Shown: positions 12,801 through 26,222, counted from the whole stretch's first letter. The stretch is 63,408 bases of DNA, filler included, from Bigelowiella natans CCMP2755 (GCA_000320545.1; 5 parts of 5 records of this genome joined end to end with filler, not necessarily neighbours in it); one strand, 5' to 3'. Numbers and translations: made by a program. Notes: generated by a model from the sequence alone, not told the origin.

Positions 12801-15800
12801 CCGCTGTCATCGCCCCATTGAGGCACAAAAAGACGACAACTGTCCGTCGCTATGCGTTCAAGATACCTAGGAATACTGTTCTCCTCAAGATTCATGAGAA
12901 CTGTATGCACATTGTTTCTCCTCAGCAAGTCTGACATTCCCATTACGACTTTAATTACAAACTTACTATATTCGCCATTGTCGTGGAGGCACAAAAGAAC
13001 ATTTTCGGTTTTTCCCAGAACTAATCTTCTGAGACTGCTTTGATCAATCAAGAAGAATTTTAACTCAGAGTTGATGATTCTTGAGACACGATACCCTGAT
13101 GATGTCAGCTGCGGTAAATCGCAGAATCTGATCATTTCCTTCACAAGAGACCCAGTTTGACTTCGTCTTGGATAAAAGTATGAGTGTTCGTCTGCCTGGA
13201 TAAGCTGAATCCGGCACCTGTTATCTTGTTGTTCCTTCTTTGTGAGTTTGAGTAGGAAGAGCGTGTCATGAGCTTTATAATTCTGGGCGTCTTTTTTGGC
13301 TTGTGCAAGTGAGAAAAATGACATTGATCGATTATTCAACAAAGATCTTCTTGCCTCTGCGATGTTAGGCTTTTCATTAACCACGGGGAAGATTTTCGCT
13401 TCCGATCTTCTTGTAAAACTTCCCATTAAGTTCCTCATAGATGATGTCAACTTTTCTTTGAATTCCATTGTGAACTTATCCCCCGTCTGTCTGAGTTGGT
13501 CATTTGCTCTTTCTTTAAATTCCATTGTGAACTTTTCCTCCGTCTGTCTGCATTGGTCATTTGCTCTTTCTTTGAATTTTGTTTTTCCCTCTTCCACTTT
13601 GGCACTTAAGTTCATAGGCACTTCCGAGATAACTTTCACTTCCATGCCCCCAAGTTCGATGTCGACTTCATTCTTTCCTTTGATTGCATCAGCAGTTGCA
13701 ATAGATTCTCTTGGATTTACTGCATCATTCTTCTCATCTTCACCTTTCTTTGCTGTGGCTCGCATCGAATCTCCAAATGTGAAGTTGCCGCGTCCATTTT
13801 CCGGTGACTCATCCTCATCAGCTTTCAATTCTGAAGGAACACTTTCACAATCCTCATCAGCTTTCAATTCTGAAGGAACACTTTCACAATCAACGTCTAT
13901 ATGAGCTTGACTCAATGAAGCCACTGCTTTGCGGGAGCCTTGTTTTGCAATGGATGCCATTGCATTCACTTTGTCCACTGCTTTGAGGGGGCCTTGTTTT
14001 GCAATGGATGCCATTGCACTAACTTCGTCAATGACTCTTGCAGCCTTCTCATGGGAAGGATGAGAATCATCAGAATGATCATCTTCATGCCTCGACAAAA
14101 TACGGTTTGAAGCTTCTGCGAAGGCACAAACAATGTTGATGCCCATTGGCGTGCAAAGGGTTTGTTCGTTAATTTCCAGGATCACCACTTTTTTAGCAAC
14201 ATCCGCGCATCGGGCATGCAACGTTGGTGTGTAAAAGCTCAGTCCACGAAGAGTTGGTGAAACCAAATTTTCTCCGTTACAAGATCGAAAGGCTCTCATG
14301 GTCTCAAGAGTCGGCGCAAGGAATTTTTTCCGTTTTTGAGTCACCGCATTTGCCTCCACATCTTGCATCTTTCGTCCGAAGATTCGACATGTGTAGCTTC
14401 GGAGGATTTCTCTCCCTCTGTTTGGTTTAGCTTGCAACATAAACTCCACACGTTGAATGGATTCGACTGGTTCTGGCAGGGCATACTGCGAGCTGTAGAG
14501 ACCTGTGGTTTGACAGTATTCTATGAAGAGATCATCGTACTTGGCTAGACATGGATCACTGAATATCTCCTCAGTGCTAATGGATGCTCTGGAGTCAAAT
14601 GTCTTAATTGGCTTCTTGAAGTCGGGTTCTCCAACTCCGGTTTCTTCCGACCCGGCATATAGCACAATGGTTCCTTCAAGATCGATGAAAAAACGGTTTG
14701 CATCAAACCGGTGAATGCTCTCACGGATCTTCTCCCAAGTCAAAGAGAACATTTTCGTGATCTTTTCCCCCTTGGAACTTCCAACTACCTTGACCCTTAT
14801 GTCAGAGAAAAGATCCGTAATAGGCTCTTTTGAATCAACTGAAACATGGGTTAACTCCCATCTCGTGTTTGTCATTCTGTTCATCAACCAAGAAGAATGA
14901 TGATGATGAGAGTAATTGACAGAGACAGAATGGCGCCAAAAAGTACTGTGCGACAGAGATTCAATTTTGCAATCGTTTCTGTTCACAGCAGCTTTGAGGC
15001 CAATGGACAATCTAGTGGAGTTAAGATTAGGATAAAGGTATTTAAGAGCTTGTCGAAACCATCCCTTGCGCGTAGCTGGAGAGCAAAAGTATGGAATTGT
15101 CCCTGTGAGATTCTGCGTTTCTGGAGCCTCAAGAATTACCACTTTCTCTCCAAATTTCAGCTCATTTCCATCCCGAATAACGAGTGCTGCACGTAGCCCG
15201 CCCCTTACTCTACGATTGGGTGGGAAATATTCAGGAATGGGATCATTCTTGTCAAGATCGATGACCATGACATGGACTGGAAGGCCAGGTTGCTCCAACA
15301 GGTCTTTTGAGTTATTTCCAAGATCCCAAGGACATCTACGGAAAGCCAAGGACAGTGTTTGGGCCATAAGATAGGCATTGTTTGTTTTGGCGGTCGTGTG
15401 CCCTATGACCATGCAAAAGAAACCTGCTTTCAGACTTCTTGCCAAAACATCCTTTATCATGGTATTCGTAACATATGTGACACCCGTCATATCTGTATAC
15501 GTTTTCTGCTCAATCCACCGGGGTAAACTCGTAATTTTTGCACTTCGATAGGAACAATCAATTTTGTTTTCCTTCCAAGCATAATGGAAATCACGAATGA
15601 TCTTAACTTGTGGTGTGATATTAACTAGTTTCTTTACAAATCTAGCCCCCTTACTATGAATGACCAATAAATTTTTTTTCTTCGAGTATAAGTTTACAAG
15701 TTTCAACTCAATAGCTAGCTCTCTGTCAAGAAAGAAGAAACCTAAGTCAATAGCACTGTTTTCATTCTTAGACTCAGCTTGCTCTCTAATTTCTTTTGCA

Positions 15801-18022
15801 AATTCTGCTAAAGCTTGCCTCCATTCTTCTGACTCCTTCCCAAAAAATGATCCGACAAAAGATGCTTTCATTGTAGGTTGGACTATGTTCGGTAGAATTA
15901 AAGGAAGATTGTTTTGGGCCCTAGCAATCAACACAGCTGTATGAGCAGCTAAAGCTCTAAAATTTCCCTCGATGGCAGCTCTTGAATTGATATCTAATAT
16001 TAAGTTGCAATGCAATTTTCCTTTCTTCAGCCACAGAATATAGGGTGCGGCCTTCTTGTGATCGAACCAAACTACTCCAGGAGGGTTGTACGGATCATTA
16101 GTATCAAGATCAAGATTGACGACCTTTCCGCCAAATTCGAGCGCATGTAGACATTTGGCCAGCATTCTTGATAGACGATTTTGTGAAGCTGCGACAAGTA
16201 TACAATCGGGTTCCTCGAGCACTTTCACTCGCTTTGTCGAAATTTGTGAATCGAGATGAATCAAATCTTTTCTAGAAATTGAAAGCACGCTGCTATCCGC
16301 AATACGAAACATATAGAATGAGCGATGCCAATACGGTTTTACCTCACCCCACCTAGATCATAACAATAGTCGATCAAAATCACAGGCATTACTTCACGTC
16401 TACTATTATTTGTATTCCATTCTCAAAATAAAAATAAAAATTTCATTCTTGCATCAACCTTTTTCTATTTGAGCACAGCGCTATAAAATTTTCCATTGCA
16501 GTATAGGAGTTCGCCACTGGCCGTCCGTCGGAATCCTCGGTAGGTGTAGAGCGGAAACATATGGTATACGAATTATGTGTCCTCGGTTCACGTTCTTTAT
16601 TTAGGTTTGCGACGTACAGGAGCAGGAGCTTGCCCTCTTTGACATCATCATAGCTCAAGAGATGCGACGAGGCCGCAGCATTTGCAGAATAGAAGAAACG
16701 GATATCTGAGGTCGGTCTGGAGAAGGAAATCTCACGAAGCTCTTTCAGTACCTCAGTTGATTCGTCTTCATTCGTGTGCGAAATAAGCAGGACCACATAG
16801 TCCATATCCTAAGGGAATTAATGAAAGGATGATAGTCTATACCTACCCTCTGAATGGAATTGAGAAAATGCACCTACCGGATACGTGGAGTCTTTCCACC
16901 TCTGCACGAATTTCCCCCTTACTTTGATAAAATATGTAGAGGCTGGTTGCGGAAATAACAGTAATCCCTTATATAGGTTGGCGGGCAGTTTACTATGAGG
17001 ATTGGCTTGAAGATTGGGTTTCTTTCGAAGACCAAGGACCATAATCTTCAGTGTTGGTGTCGATCGGGCAAAAAATTTGGCCTTTTCAAAAACAATCTCG
17101 AGTTTTTCGCCTTTATTGAACTCTTTGTACGCCTCTGCGAGTGTAACATTGTGCCAGCTATGCAGAACTTCCGTAGGTCGAGCTTGAGCCAAGGCTATCG
17201 ACCGTTTGAAAATGTTAGTAGAATCCATTGTGTTGATACTTTCTATCTTTCCAAGTGCATACTTGCCAAATTCGTCCAATTTAACGGCCACATGGGTGAT
17301 GAAGCATCTTCTGGTGCAAATTAGGGTAATCCTCTGATTTTTGATATAGATTCTCTCATGATCATCTTCAAAAGGTTTTAGGATTACACGCGCCAGAAAT
17401 TCGTCATCTGATAATTCGTCTTTGACTTCCCCGTCCGGTGTGTGGAATCCTCCGAAGTTATCTCCTATGGATTCTATTATCATGAAAGTAATATTAGCTT
17501 AAAATACGCGATGTGGCCAAATTTAAAAAATAGTGATTTACCAAGTCTTACGTTATCCCAAAGAATCTGATCCCGAGTTCTTTTTTTTCCCCCAAATTTG
17601 CCCTTACTCTCCACACTGTTGTGGTCACTTTTTCCAGATGTGGACCGCATTTTTGTATTTTTCTGCCGACTTTTAGTTTATGCACCGCGGCTTTACCTCG
17701 ATCTGTCTTTGTTTCAACCCCCCCTGGCACTCTTGTATGTAGTTTCTAGATGAGAAAATTGAAGGGAAACTCTCGTGGGTACTGGGCAGAATGTGTGCTT
17801 ACAGAGCAGCCACAAGCAGCACCAGAAAACCTTGGTCGGTTGAGGTGCCAGGCGGCAGGAGAGAGATCGATCTTTTAGGTGAGCGGGTGACGTACCTGGC
17901 AGCAGGAGACAGGGAAGGATAGAAATTCCGTTACGTGAGCGGTTCCACGTGCCGCAAGGTCGCTGAATGATGTAGTATCCATCCTTTTTTAATCGGCGAC
18001 AAGTGCTGAAGCATGACGACAT
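9871..18022 (-). CDS. Large membrane protein: long N-terminal region with degenerate thioredoxin-like segments and an EF-hand, C-terminal PHTF-like (7TM ion channel superfamily) domain; 5' exons uncertain
   Basis: 1972-aa ORF 10394-16312 plus upstream ORFs 16443-16805, 16818-17483 and possibly 17548-18022. Introns 10367-10425 and 9970-10067 join the 3' exons in frame to a stop at 9871. EF loop DPDKNGELDKDE; 7-8 hydrophobic helices; IRLSSASNLVSWLKIRQ and LQLKVFGRPVTFKGLIAV resemble PHTF C-terminal motifs. Confidence 0.8.
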
Positions 18023-18445
18023 GATCCGAAGTCCGATGTTCGGTATTTGTTAGATCTCTGTTAGATCTCTAGATCCTACCGTAGATCATCTACTCGTACC
18101 TGTCTTCTCCATCCATATGCAATGGCGTTCTCGTGCGCGACATCGTTTTTGAACATCGTTTTTGAACATTTCATGCATGATCTTACACCGGCTGTTGAGA
18201 TCATTTAGTTCGTCGATTTCCAGAGCATTTCCAACAAAACCCATCCCCCACCTTCAGTGGCGCATGTAGTTTTGATCAACGCTTTCTTCATTGTTCATTG
18301 TTCATTGTCCAGTTCGAGGCACTGCATTTTGCACACTGCAAGTGTCTTGCAACACTTTGGAAATGTAGTTTTTCATCATTGTTTCATTGTTTCAGGTTTT
18401 TTAGCACATTTCCGGAACCAAATTCCTCATGTCCACCACTTCGTA

Positions 18446-19590
18446 GCCCACCAAAGTTGGTTCGAGGCACAATTTTCAGTCCTCACTGGAGCCAGAATGT
18501 TCGAGGCACTGCATTTCGCACACTGCAAGTGTCTTGTCACACTTTGGAAATGCAGTTTTTCATCATTGCATTGTTCTCATTGTTCCCCCACATGCCTCAG
18601 TCCTGCTTCTCAGTGCACGAGGCTTCACACGGTGGTCAAAGGGTCACGGATGAGTCAGCGTGACCTGTGATCCTTTCAACCGCTCCTGTGGAATGGCCTC
18701 AATCATTCATTCAATTCAGAGCGTCAAAAACATTTTTTGCAATTGCATGGACGCTTGCACAAGCCAACTGTGCATCCTGCTGGATCGAACCTTGCTGGCT
18801 TGTGCACAATTTCATTCCAGGAGCTGCGTGTGCCTTCCATTGCCAGCCTGCTAGGCTGGTGATTGTGGTGTGTGAGTTGTGCGCACAACTTCCCCGGTCG
18901 TTCTGGCGTGTCGCATGCGTCGCGCAATCGTCAACGAGACACAGCAGGGCTAGGGTTGCCCGTTCACGACTGCAGCTGTGCGCAGTGCCACACGCTGACA
19001 TGCCAGCATGGCTAGATGGGCGCAAGTCGATCACGAGCAAAGATGAACCCCAGGTCGCAACGACAAGGGAGATGAGGTTGAGAGAAATCCATCACCTGGT
19101 GTGTAGGTGGTTGGTGAAGTTCCGGAAGCGATGAAGGTGCCAACGAGGAAAAGAAGGAAGTGCCTCCGACTGGTGTAGGTGCGCGCGTGCGTGCGTGCCA
19201 CACGTGTGCTTTGACTCTTCATCACTTCCACGCCTGACGTGAGTTCCCAAACAATGAGTGCACGTGCACGTTGACATTGCTGGATTGCCACATGTGCACG
19301 ATGGCTGCATGCGCACACAATTGTGCAACTTGGTCACACGTGCAACGTGGTTGACAACAATGTGTACGTGAAGTGTCATTGTCTCTGCTGTTCGTCCGCG
19401 CGCCTCTAGGCCTGCCATGGAAAACAGCGACGCGCAGTGCTGTGATGTTCGATCTCTAACGTTCAACTCGCAGGCGCAGCTAGACACAGCTAGCGTCCTG
19501 AACATGCAGCAACGCGCAACCATGTGCAATTTGGTGTGATTGTCACAACATTGCCGCCAGTCGTGATCAACTTCATCCACGCGCGCTGAG
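18446..19590. other. TpA-depleted intergenic island B
   Basis: No TA from 18446 to 18850; the remainder has about 10 TA, mostly CTAG/GTAG. A local ~80-bp duplication lies at its left edge (18313-18391 vs 18500-18585). Confidence 0.88.
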
Positions 19591-20080
19591 AGTAAAGAAC
19601 ATGTGTACTAAACTACATATGTTCGTACGTGCGTACGCTATATAGCCATTATAGGCTATAGAAGAAACAATGCGCATGTGGGAACTGAAGGGTGCATGCA
19701 ATTGGAAAATCATCGATCTGTACAATAACTTGGTTCGCATATGATTTCCGTTTTGAAGGCATCGCAGCGGCTGCGCTGCTTATTATACTGGCATCTAAAG
19801 AATTTAGTTCAGCTACTATGGACTACTAGTCTGGGCTTTGACATTGATTATGAAGACTCAGCGGACTAACCGGCGGCCGTGGAAGTGGTGGGTGGTAGCG
19901 GTAATCGTGGTGGGGATATTGTAGCTCTTATGATGATAATAATGATAACGACGATGGCATTGACGGGTAAAGGTGCAATAAATGGGGCTGTGACGGAGAG
20001 GCAGGGGATAAGGGACTTCGTTGGTGGACTGTAACGCAGAGAACACTTTTCATATTTCTTGACGTGTGCAACTTATGCTG

Positions 20081-21343
20081 CTATCGTCGGTGCTCCTTCG
20101 CTTCCTGCCTAATGAGTGTTCGAATGGTGTACTCGTGGATGATGCTGCGAAGAGAATGGTTTGGGATCAATGCATTTGAGGCCAATGGCAAGTTTGTTCT
20201 TGGCGACGTGCTGTTTCGTTGTAGCCACCGCTGGATAGCGGAGCGCTCATATCTGCATATGAAAGGATGATCAGCAATGAATCCCCTCTTTGTGACAAAA
20301 GTTGGCGTGTTGCAGTTGCATCGATTGTCTAGACATGTGTTCTAAAATGCAGATAGACTAAAGATGCAACCGCACACACACACACACAAACACATACAAA
20401 CACACACATGTATAATATACACATACATAATAAATAAATAAATAAATAAATATATATATATATACACATTTACATAATATTCGATTACGTGTGCCCATCC
20501 GAACAAACGACAGGATCCTTCATAACCTCCCGCGTGATGGGGCATTGCATACTATAGACCCCAAAAGACTGGCTACTCTCCCCGCTGGAAGCTTGGTCCT
20601 CATTTTTACAATCGAGAAGCTCCGTTGCACTTGACAACATTTCACAGCACATGCAGGCATCCCCCTGCGCTGCCGCCGTCGTCAGCCCTTTGCCTCCCGA
20701 GAAAAAGCGGAACGCGGGGACCATTCTCACGATATACGCCCCAATCGCCAAACACAGTACAGCCATAATGACCTGAGGGGCAATTAGGGAGCACCGCGAA
20801 AGATAGTTTTATTGTGTTGCGACGAAGACGAATGAGCAAAAAGTATCTACGTCAAATTTCATCTTGAAAACACCATTTCCATTCTCTAAGTGAGCGAGGT
20901 TGGAGGGTGTGCATGTAGACTATTCAGCATCCTATTTTGCCGTCGATGAAATGCGAATGAATGCGCACATACAAGTTTCCTCGCTCACTCACTACCTCCT
21001 TGAGGGATTGGCCGCAATTCTGACCGGTGAATCGGAAACCCTCGGCCTGAGCCAGGTACTCCTTTAGCGGAACAGCTTTCTGGCGCATTAAGTGCACACC
21101 ACGATGACCTCCCTTATGAATAATGGGGCTTCCCTTTGTGGGCCATGCCGACGGGGAACGTTGAGAGCTGTGCGTCTCCAGAATATCCAAGCCTCTTGAT
21201 GAAATCAAGACAAACCCGGCTACAAGACACATTGAAAGACACAATCCAGCGGCAAGTCCCAGGACAAACAACCACGGCTTCGTCTGGGCTACGACGTGGC
21301 GCTGGGGCTTCTCCCCTGGCAGGGTGACGGGTAAATTGCTCAT
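20081..21343 (-). CDS. Membrane-anchored U-box domain protein (putative E3 ubiquitin ligase)
   Basis: QCPITREVMKDPVVCSDGHT splices to YERSAIQRWLQRNSTSPRTNLPLASNALIPNHSLRSIIHEY, a full U-box. Hydrophobic segments WLFVLGLAAGLCLSMCLVAGFVLI and MAVLCLAIGAYIV lie upstream. Confidence 0.85.
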
Positions 21344-22058
21344 GGGGCGGGAAGAACTCTAGATATTTCAGCATGCCTGCGTTGCAGGAAGAGATCGAAT
21401 CAGGAGAAACCCAGGGCGATTATCCAAGATATATGTCTCAGGTTGCAAATATAGCCGAACATCATCGCAAGCCGGGGACAATGCAGAAGCGATCAGCGTC
21501 TGAAGTCATCGGAAGTTTAGCGAGCGATTTCCAGGTTCAGCACAACTTTGCACCTTCTCCCAGCGAAAGTGTACGGAAGCAAAGCAGCAACGACATTTCA
21601 CCTAGCTCAAATCCGGCTCGTATTTCTATCCAACTGACTAATTGCGACAAGCGACATTCGCCCTCGACAAGCTTACTCAGCTTTCTGCTGCTCCATTCAA
21701 AAAAAGCTACGAGTTCGGGTGACGTACAGGCCTGTAGGAAAATACATGTGTTCGGATGTCGCATCTTCAAACCCTAACTGAATCCGCGGGAGAAGTGCAT
21801 GAATTGCGAAAACCATGGAAAACTATGAGATTTCTAATCTGCGTCAACCCAGATTCTCGTGAGCTACGCGTACGAGTGTACTTCCGATATTTCGGGCGAA
21901 TCCCGGATTATTACATGTATTGACTGATTGACTCAGAGATTTGCTAGAGACGGTCTCAAGGAGAGCAGCTGTTCACCCGACACAGAGGATCACCCCCAAC
22001 GTCAACGACTAGAAGGTTGGCAGCCCCCCCCCCACCAGATCGTGGTGGCTGGCTGATC

Positions 22059-24174
22059 ATGGAGGGTTCGGACGACTCGAAGATCATACTGAACTCATCG
22101 GAGCTAGAAAAATTTGGGGACGAGCTCAACGACATGTGGTCTGATGACGACGGTAACAAGCCCTGCTAGTGTTTTTTGCTCTCTATGGATTTGATCGCGT
22201 CTTCTCGACACGTCTATGCTTTGGGGGCTGGGTGCCCACGGATAACGCGGACAATAAGCAGCGATTTGAATGCGATTTTTCCCATTGATAAAACTCATAT
22301 TCCTCAGTGATGGAAGAAAGAACGCACGTGTGAATTAACATAACATGTAGGGGAGGAAAAGTCTAACGAGAAAGAAGAAGGGGATGCGAAAAAGACCAAC
22401 ACCAGCTCTCTGTCGAAGAAGTTAAAGGATGCCAAGATATTGGCGTCGTTAAAAAGCATGCTTTCAACGAAACGTATATGTGCAAATGACATTCATCTGC
22501 TATTTATCATCATCCTCATCATGATCACTCTCCACCCCCCCTCTCACATCAACACCCAAACACACGTGCATATTCACCAGAATACGACTAATCTCATCGA
22601 CTCTTTCCCTTATATCACAATAATCCTCCTGCAATATGTATTCTATGCGCTCATCATACAGCCGCCGATCTTCATCTTGGTGATGACGAAGATGATGCTC
22701 ACGTAGACCCAAACATCGTGCGCGTCGTCGACAAAAGCGAGACGTTATTGACAGCCCCAGACATCGTCACGGGAAAAACTTCTCACCCATCCTTAAGCAA
22801 AGCGACAATGGGGGTGGGGGCTGCCTCAACGGCGAAGTCGAAGCTATTGGCCGCAAAAGTAGTAAGTAGTGTGTCACCGTGTTTCTCTCCATCTTCACCA
22901 TTATCATGAGTCCGATTCTCTGCGAACTGACTGATCGGCACCAATATGGCTTATTCCTCGACGCCCCTTTCGTTCCCTCTTCACGATTGCTATCGTTCTC
23001 AGACGAGGAAGCTCAAGTATACCTCAGCCGCGACCAAGCAAGATGACAGGTAAGGACATCCGAGAGAAGGGACGAGCAGTGTAACGATGGCATTTTTGTA
23101 CTTATAACCAAAATTCTCCTCCCTCTCCCCATCCGATGCACCGCCCTCTCAGGCTTCTTAATCCCTTGAATTTGGACGTTTCGCAAGCAAGTCTCAAGTG
23201 AGGCGGCGCCGAGCCTATTACACCACATAACACCCAACACATGTGTTTTGAATCACTTGTCTTTCCGTCCCCTCCACTCCCCCCCCCTCCCTCCTCAGAG
23301 CTGAGTACCAAGACGTGTCGCGAGCCCCCACCGAGGTGGCTTGCATCACTCCAGTCAGTATGAACGACAAGGACTCAGTCACCAGTACAGAATCGCTGCA
23401 GCAGCAGCAGCAGCAGCAGCAGCTGCCGCTTATTATGAAGGCCTCTCTTCCCCTAACCGACTACTTCGTCACAAAGCCATCCGTCCACAAGCAGCAACGC
23501 AAGGACGAGATGCCTGTAGGTACTGGAGAGAGGAAGATGAAACCGAAGGGCCAGCCGCAGCAGCAGCAGCAGCACAGCCAGAATCGGCAGCGCAACGACG
23601 ACGACGACGACGACGACGACCGCGGTAGCGGCCATGGCGCTAATCGCAAGGAGGACCCGCCGGCTGCGGGCAGCGAGCGGCTTCAACAGCAAGCGCGGGA
23701 AGAAGCAGAAGGAGACGAGGAAAAAGAAGTAGAAGATAGGGAGTCTCACCAAAGAGCAACGCCGGCACCCCAGTCATCGACAACGACGCCCGGGAAGACA
23801 AGCATCCCTGATCTCCAGTCACTTGCAGCGTCCCCTCTCCCCGCCGGTGTCGGGGAGGAGAAGAAGAAGGGGCAGGGGGACGAGAGCGGGGCTGGGAGAG
23901 ATGGGGAGGAGGAGGACGAGAAAGCTGGTAAGGACTCTAATGTCGTAGTAGACGGCAAGAAGGCTCTCGACGATCTAGAGGCGCTCGCGAGCGCCCCCTT
24001 CCCACCCGTAGAAGAAGAGGGGAGGGGAAACGTTAATCGTGGGCAGGATGCTAATGATGATTCCGAGGAGCTGAAGAACAGCAGCTTGCGCGATGGCGCT
24101 CGGCCTGAAAGTGGGACCGGCAAGCAAAATCTGCATCATTCTGGGCAGCGAAGAGAGGTTCGCTCCATTGTCTC

Positions 24175-24209
<35 letters not shown>

Positions 24210-24239
24210 CATCTATCTATCTCCTCTCTTCCTTTCCTC

Positions 24240-24276
<37 letters not shown>

Positions 24277-24632
24277 CGTAATCTAAGCGTCGTGCACATT
24301 GAAGATTGTGTCCAGCTCTAACGGCAAATCCTTGCTTGCATCCCCTCTCCTCCCTCCCTCCCCCCCCGCCCCCTCCCTACTAGCTTCAAGAGCGCGAGAG
24401 TCGTTCAAAGCGACCCCTCTCTTCCACTGCAGCAGCAGCAGCAGCATCAGCAGCATCGACAGGATCACCACCACACAACAGCCCATCTTCATCATCCGGA
24501 GTAGCCGCGGAACCCAGAAGCTCGCGCCACCACCGCAAAGACACGGACCCTTTCCTCTCCGAAGACACGATGTCAGCTGCGGCGTTACTGCGCAACCATC
24601 TATCCCCCGGCCTTTAAAAAGAATAATATAGG

Positions 24633-24702
<70 letters not shown>

Positions 24703-24968
24703 CCGGAAAAGAGAACCGTTTTGAGGTCGGAAGAGATGTAGCAGCAGCGGAAAGCATTCGATGGCTGCTGCCTCTGTGGCGACCGCCGTGCAAATATCTG
24801 CTTTTTGCCGTTGAATCCCTTCCGATGTTTTAATTGAGGAACGTTCTCAGGCAGCACGCGCGTGCGTGCGTGCGTGCGTTGTGTGCGTTGTGTGTGCGTG
24901 GATTCTGTGCGAGTTTACTTTTCTTCTTCCTCTTCGAAAGCTCATGTTTATTCCTTCAAGACAATCAC

Positions 24969-25043
<75 letters not shown>

Positions 25044-25105
25044 CACAGGCGCTGGAAATCGCGGTGTGACAGCTTCATTGCCGTGGCCGAGAAGAACAGG
25101 TTTTG

Positions 25106-25139
<34 letters not shown>

Positions 25140-26069
25140 CAACATAGCGATATCAGAGTACCACCTGGAATAGAAAGAAGAAAGCTAGGATGCATACAAC
25201 TTATGTTTGCAGCGATGATGATGAAAATAGTAGTGTTGGCCACATGATTAACATGCCGGTATTCGATGGAGAGGACGCAAGGAGAGGGGGGTATTGGGGC
25301 CTCGCTTCAACCCCCTCCTCTTCCCCCTCCTCCTATTTTCTCGTGGGGCTCTCCTCCACTCAGGGAATTCCTCGTATCACCACAAACAAAACGTATCATC
25401 AAATGACAATGATGATTCATCATCATCTTCTTCTTCTGCTTCTGCTTCTGCTTCTTCTTCTTTTTCTTCTTCATCTTCTTCCCCACATGGCAGACGACGA
25501 GCGGAGATGCTCTTGGCCTCGCTTACTGAAGAACGACAAATGGTCCACGAGCACAACCAATGCGTATCGACGCGTATCGATGCGTGCGTGTTTATGTATT
25601 CCGCAACAGCGAGCATCTTCCCATTGCTTCCAACACAACAACTAACGCAAGAAAGCTCTGATTTCGTCTCTCTCCTCCTCCTCCCTCCCCCCCCCCCCCC
25701 CTCCCCCTCCCATTCCCCACACCCCCTCTTCTTGCAGGTCCAGGAGGCTAAGGTTGAAATGGCAAATAAGGAAAAAAAGATCGCCGAGAAGGAGAGCCAG
25801 CTCGTGGAGCAGAAAGTGCGTTAATTAATTCTTTCCCCGTCGGTGTTGCGGCATTTGTAAACAGTCAAACATTCCCAAAAGCCACACATCGTCGCCGCAA
25901 TAATAATAATAATAATAATAATCATCATCATCACATACCGAACCCCTGTGTTCCCTGTCTCCATCTCTACTAAATATCGATCATCCCACCCACTGAAACC
26001 ACCACCTAGGAGCTGGTTAAGCAGCTTCTACAACACGTCGAGAAGCTAAAGCAAGAACATGCAGCCAAG
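22059..26069 (+). CDS. Hypothetical low-complexity/coiled-coil protein, 3'-truncated by a gap
   Basis: Exons MEGSDDSKIILNSSELEKFGDELNDMWSDDD, the 323-aa ORF 23315-24286, RRAEMLLASLTEERQ, VQEAKVEMANKEKKIAEKESQLVEQK and ELVKQLLQHVEKLKQEHAAK, with plausible splice sites. Confidence 0.55.
24976..25042. repeat. Compound (TA)n(TG)n microsatellite, representative of very many intronic SSRs in the window
   Basis: Direct reading; similar (TA)n, (CA)n, (GA)n and trinucleotide SSRs occur in most intron-rich genes here. Confidence 0.95.
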
Positions 26070-26122
26070 GTGGGCTTGTTTTGGTGGGGGGGGGGCAGCG
26101 TGGGAAGTACAAACGAAGTTAG

Positions 26123-26222
26123 NNNNNNNNNNNNNNNNNNNNNNNNNNNNNNNNNNNNNNNNNNNNTTAATTAATTAANNNNNNNNNNNNNNNNNNNNNN
26201 NNNNNNNNNNNNNNNNNNNNNN
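26123..26222. other. Assembly gap with artificial six-frame-stop linker
   Basis: 44 N + TTAATTAATTAA + 44 N; genes on both sides are truncated. Confidence 0.97.

Noticed and set aside
18257-19580. Many overlapping Cys/His-rich ORFs on both strands (also 8671-9849 and 45118-46155)
   Set aside because: Loss of TA removes TAA/TAG stops and Tyr codons, so spurious long ORFs arise; no domain recognised.
26167-26178. TTAATTAATTAA palindrome repeated four times in the window
   Set aside because: Always centred in a 100-nt N run; an artificial all-frame stop linker, not biology. Gene adjacency across these gaps is unreliable.
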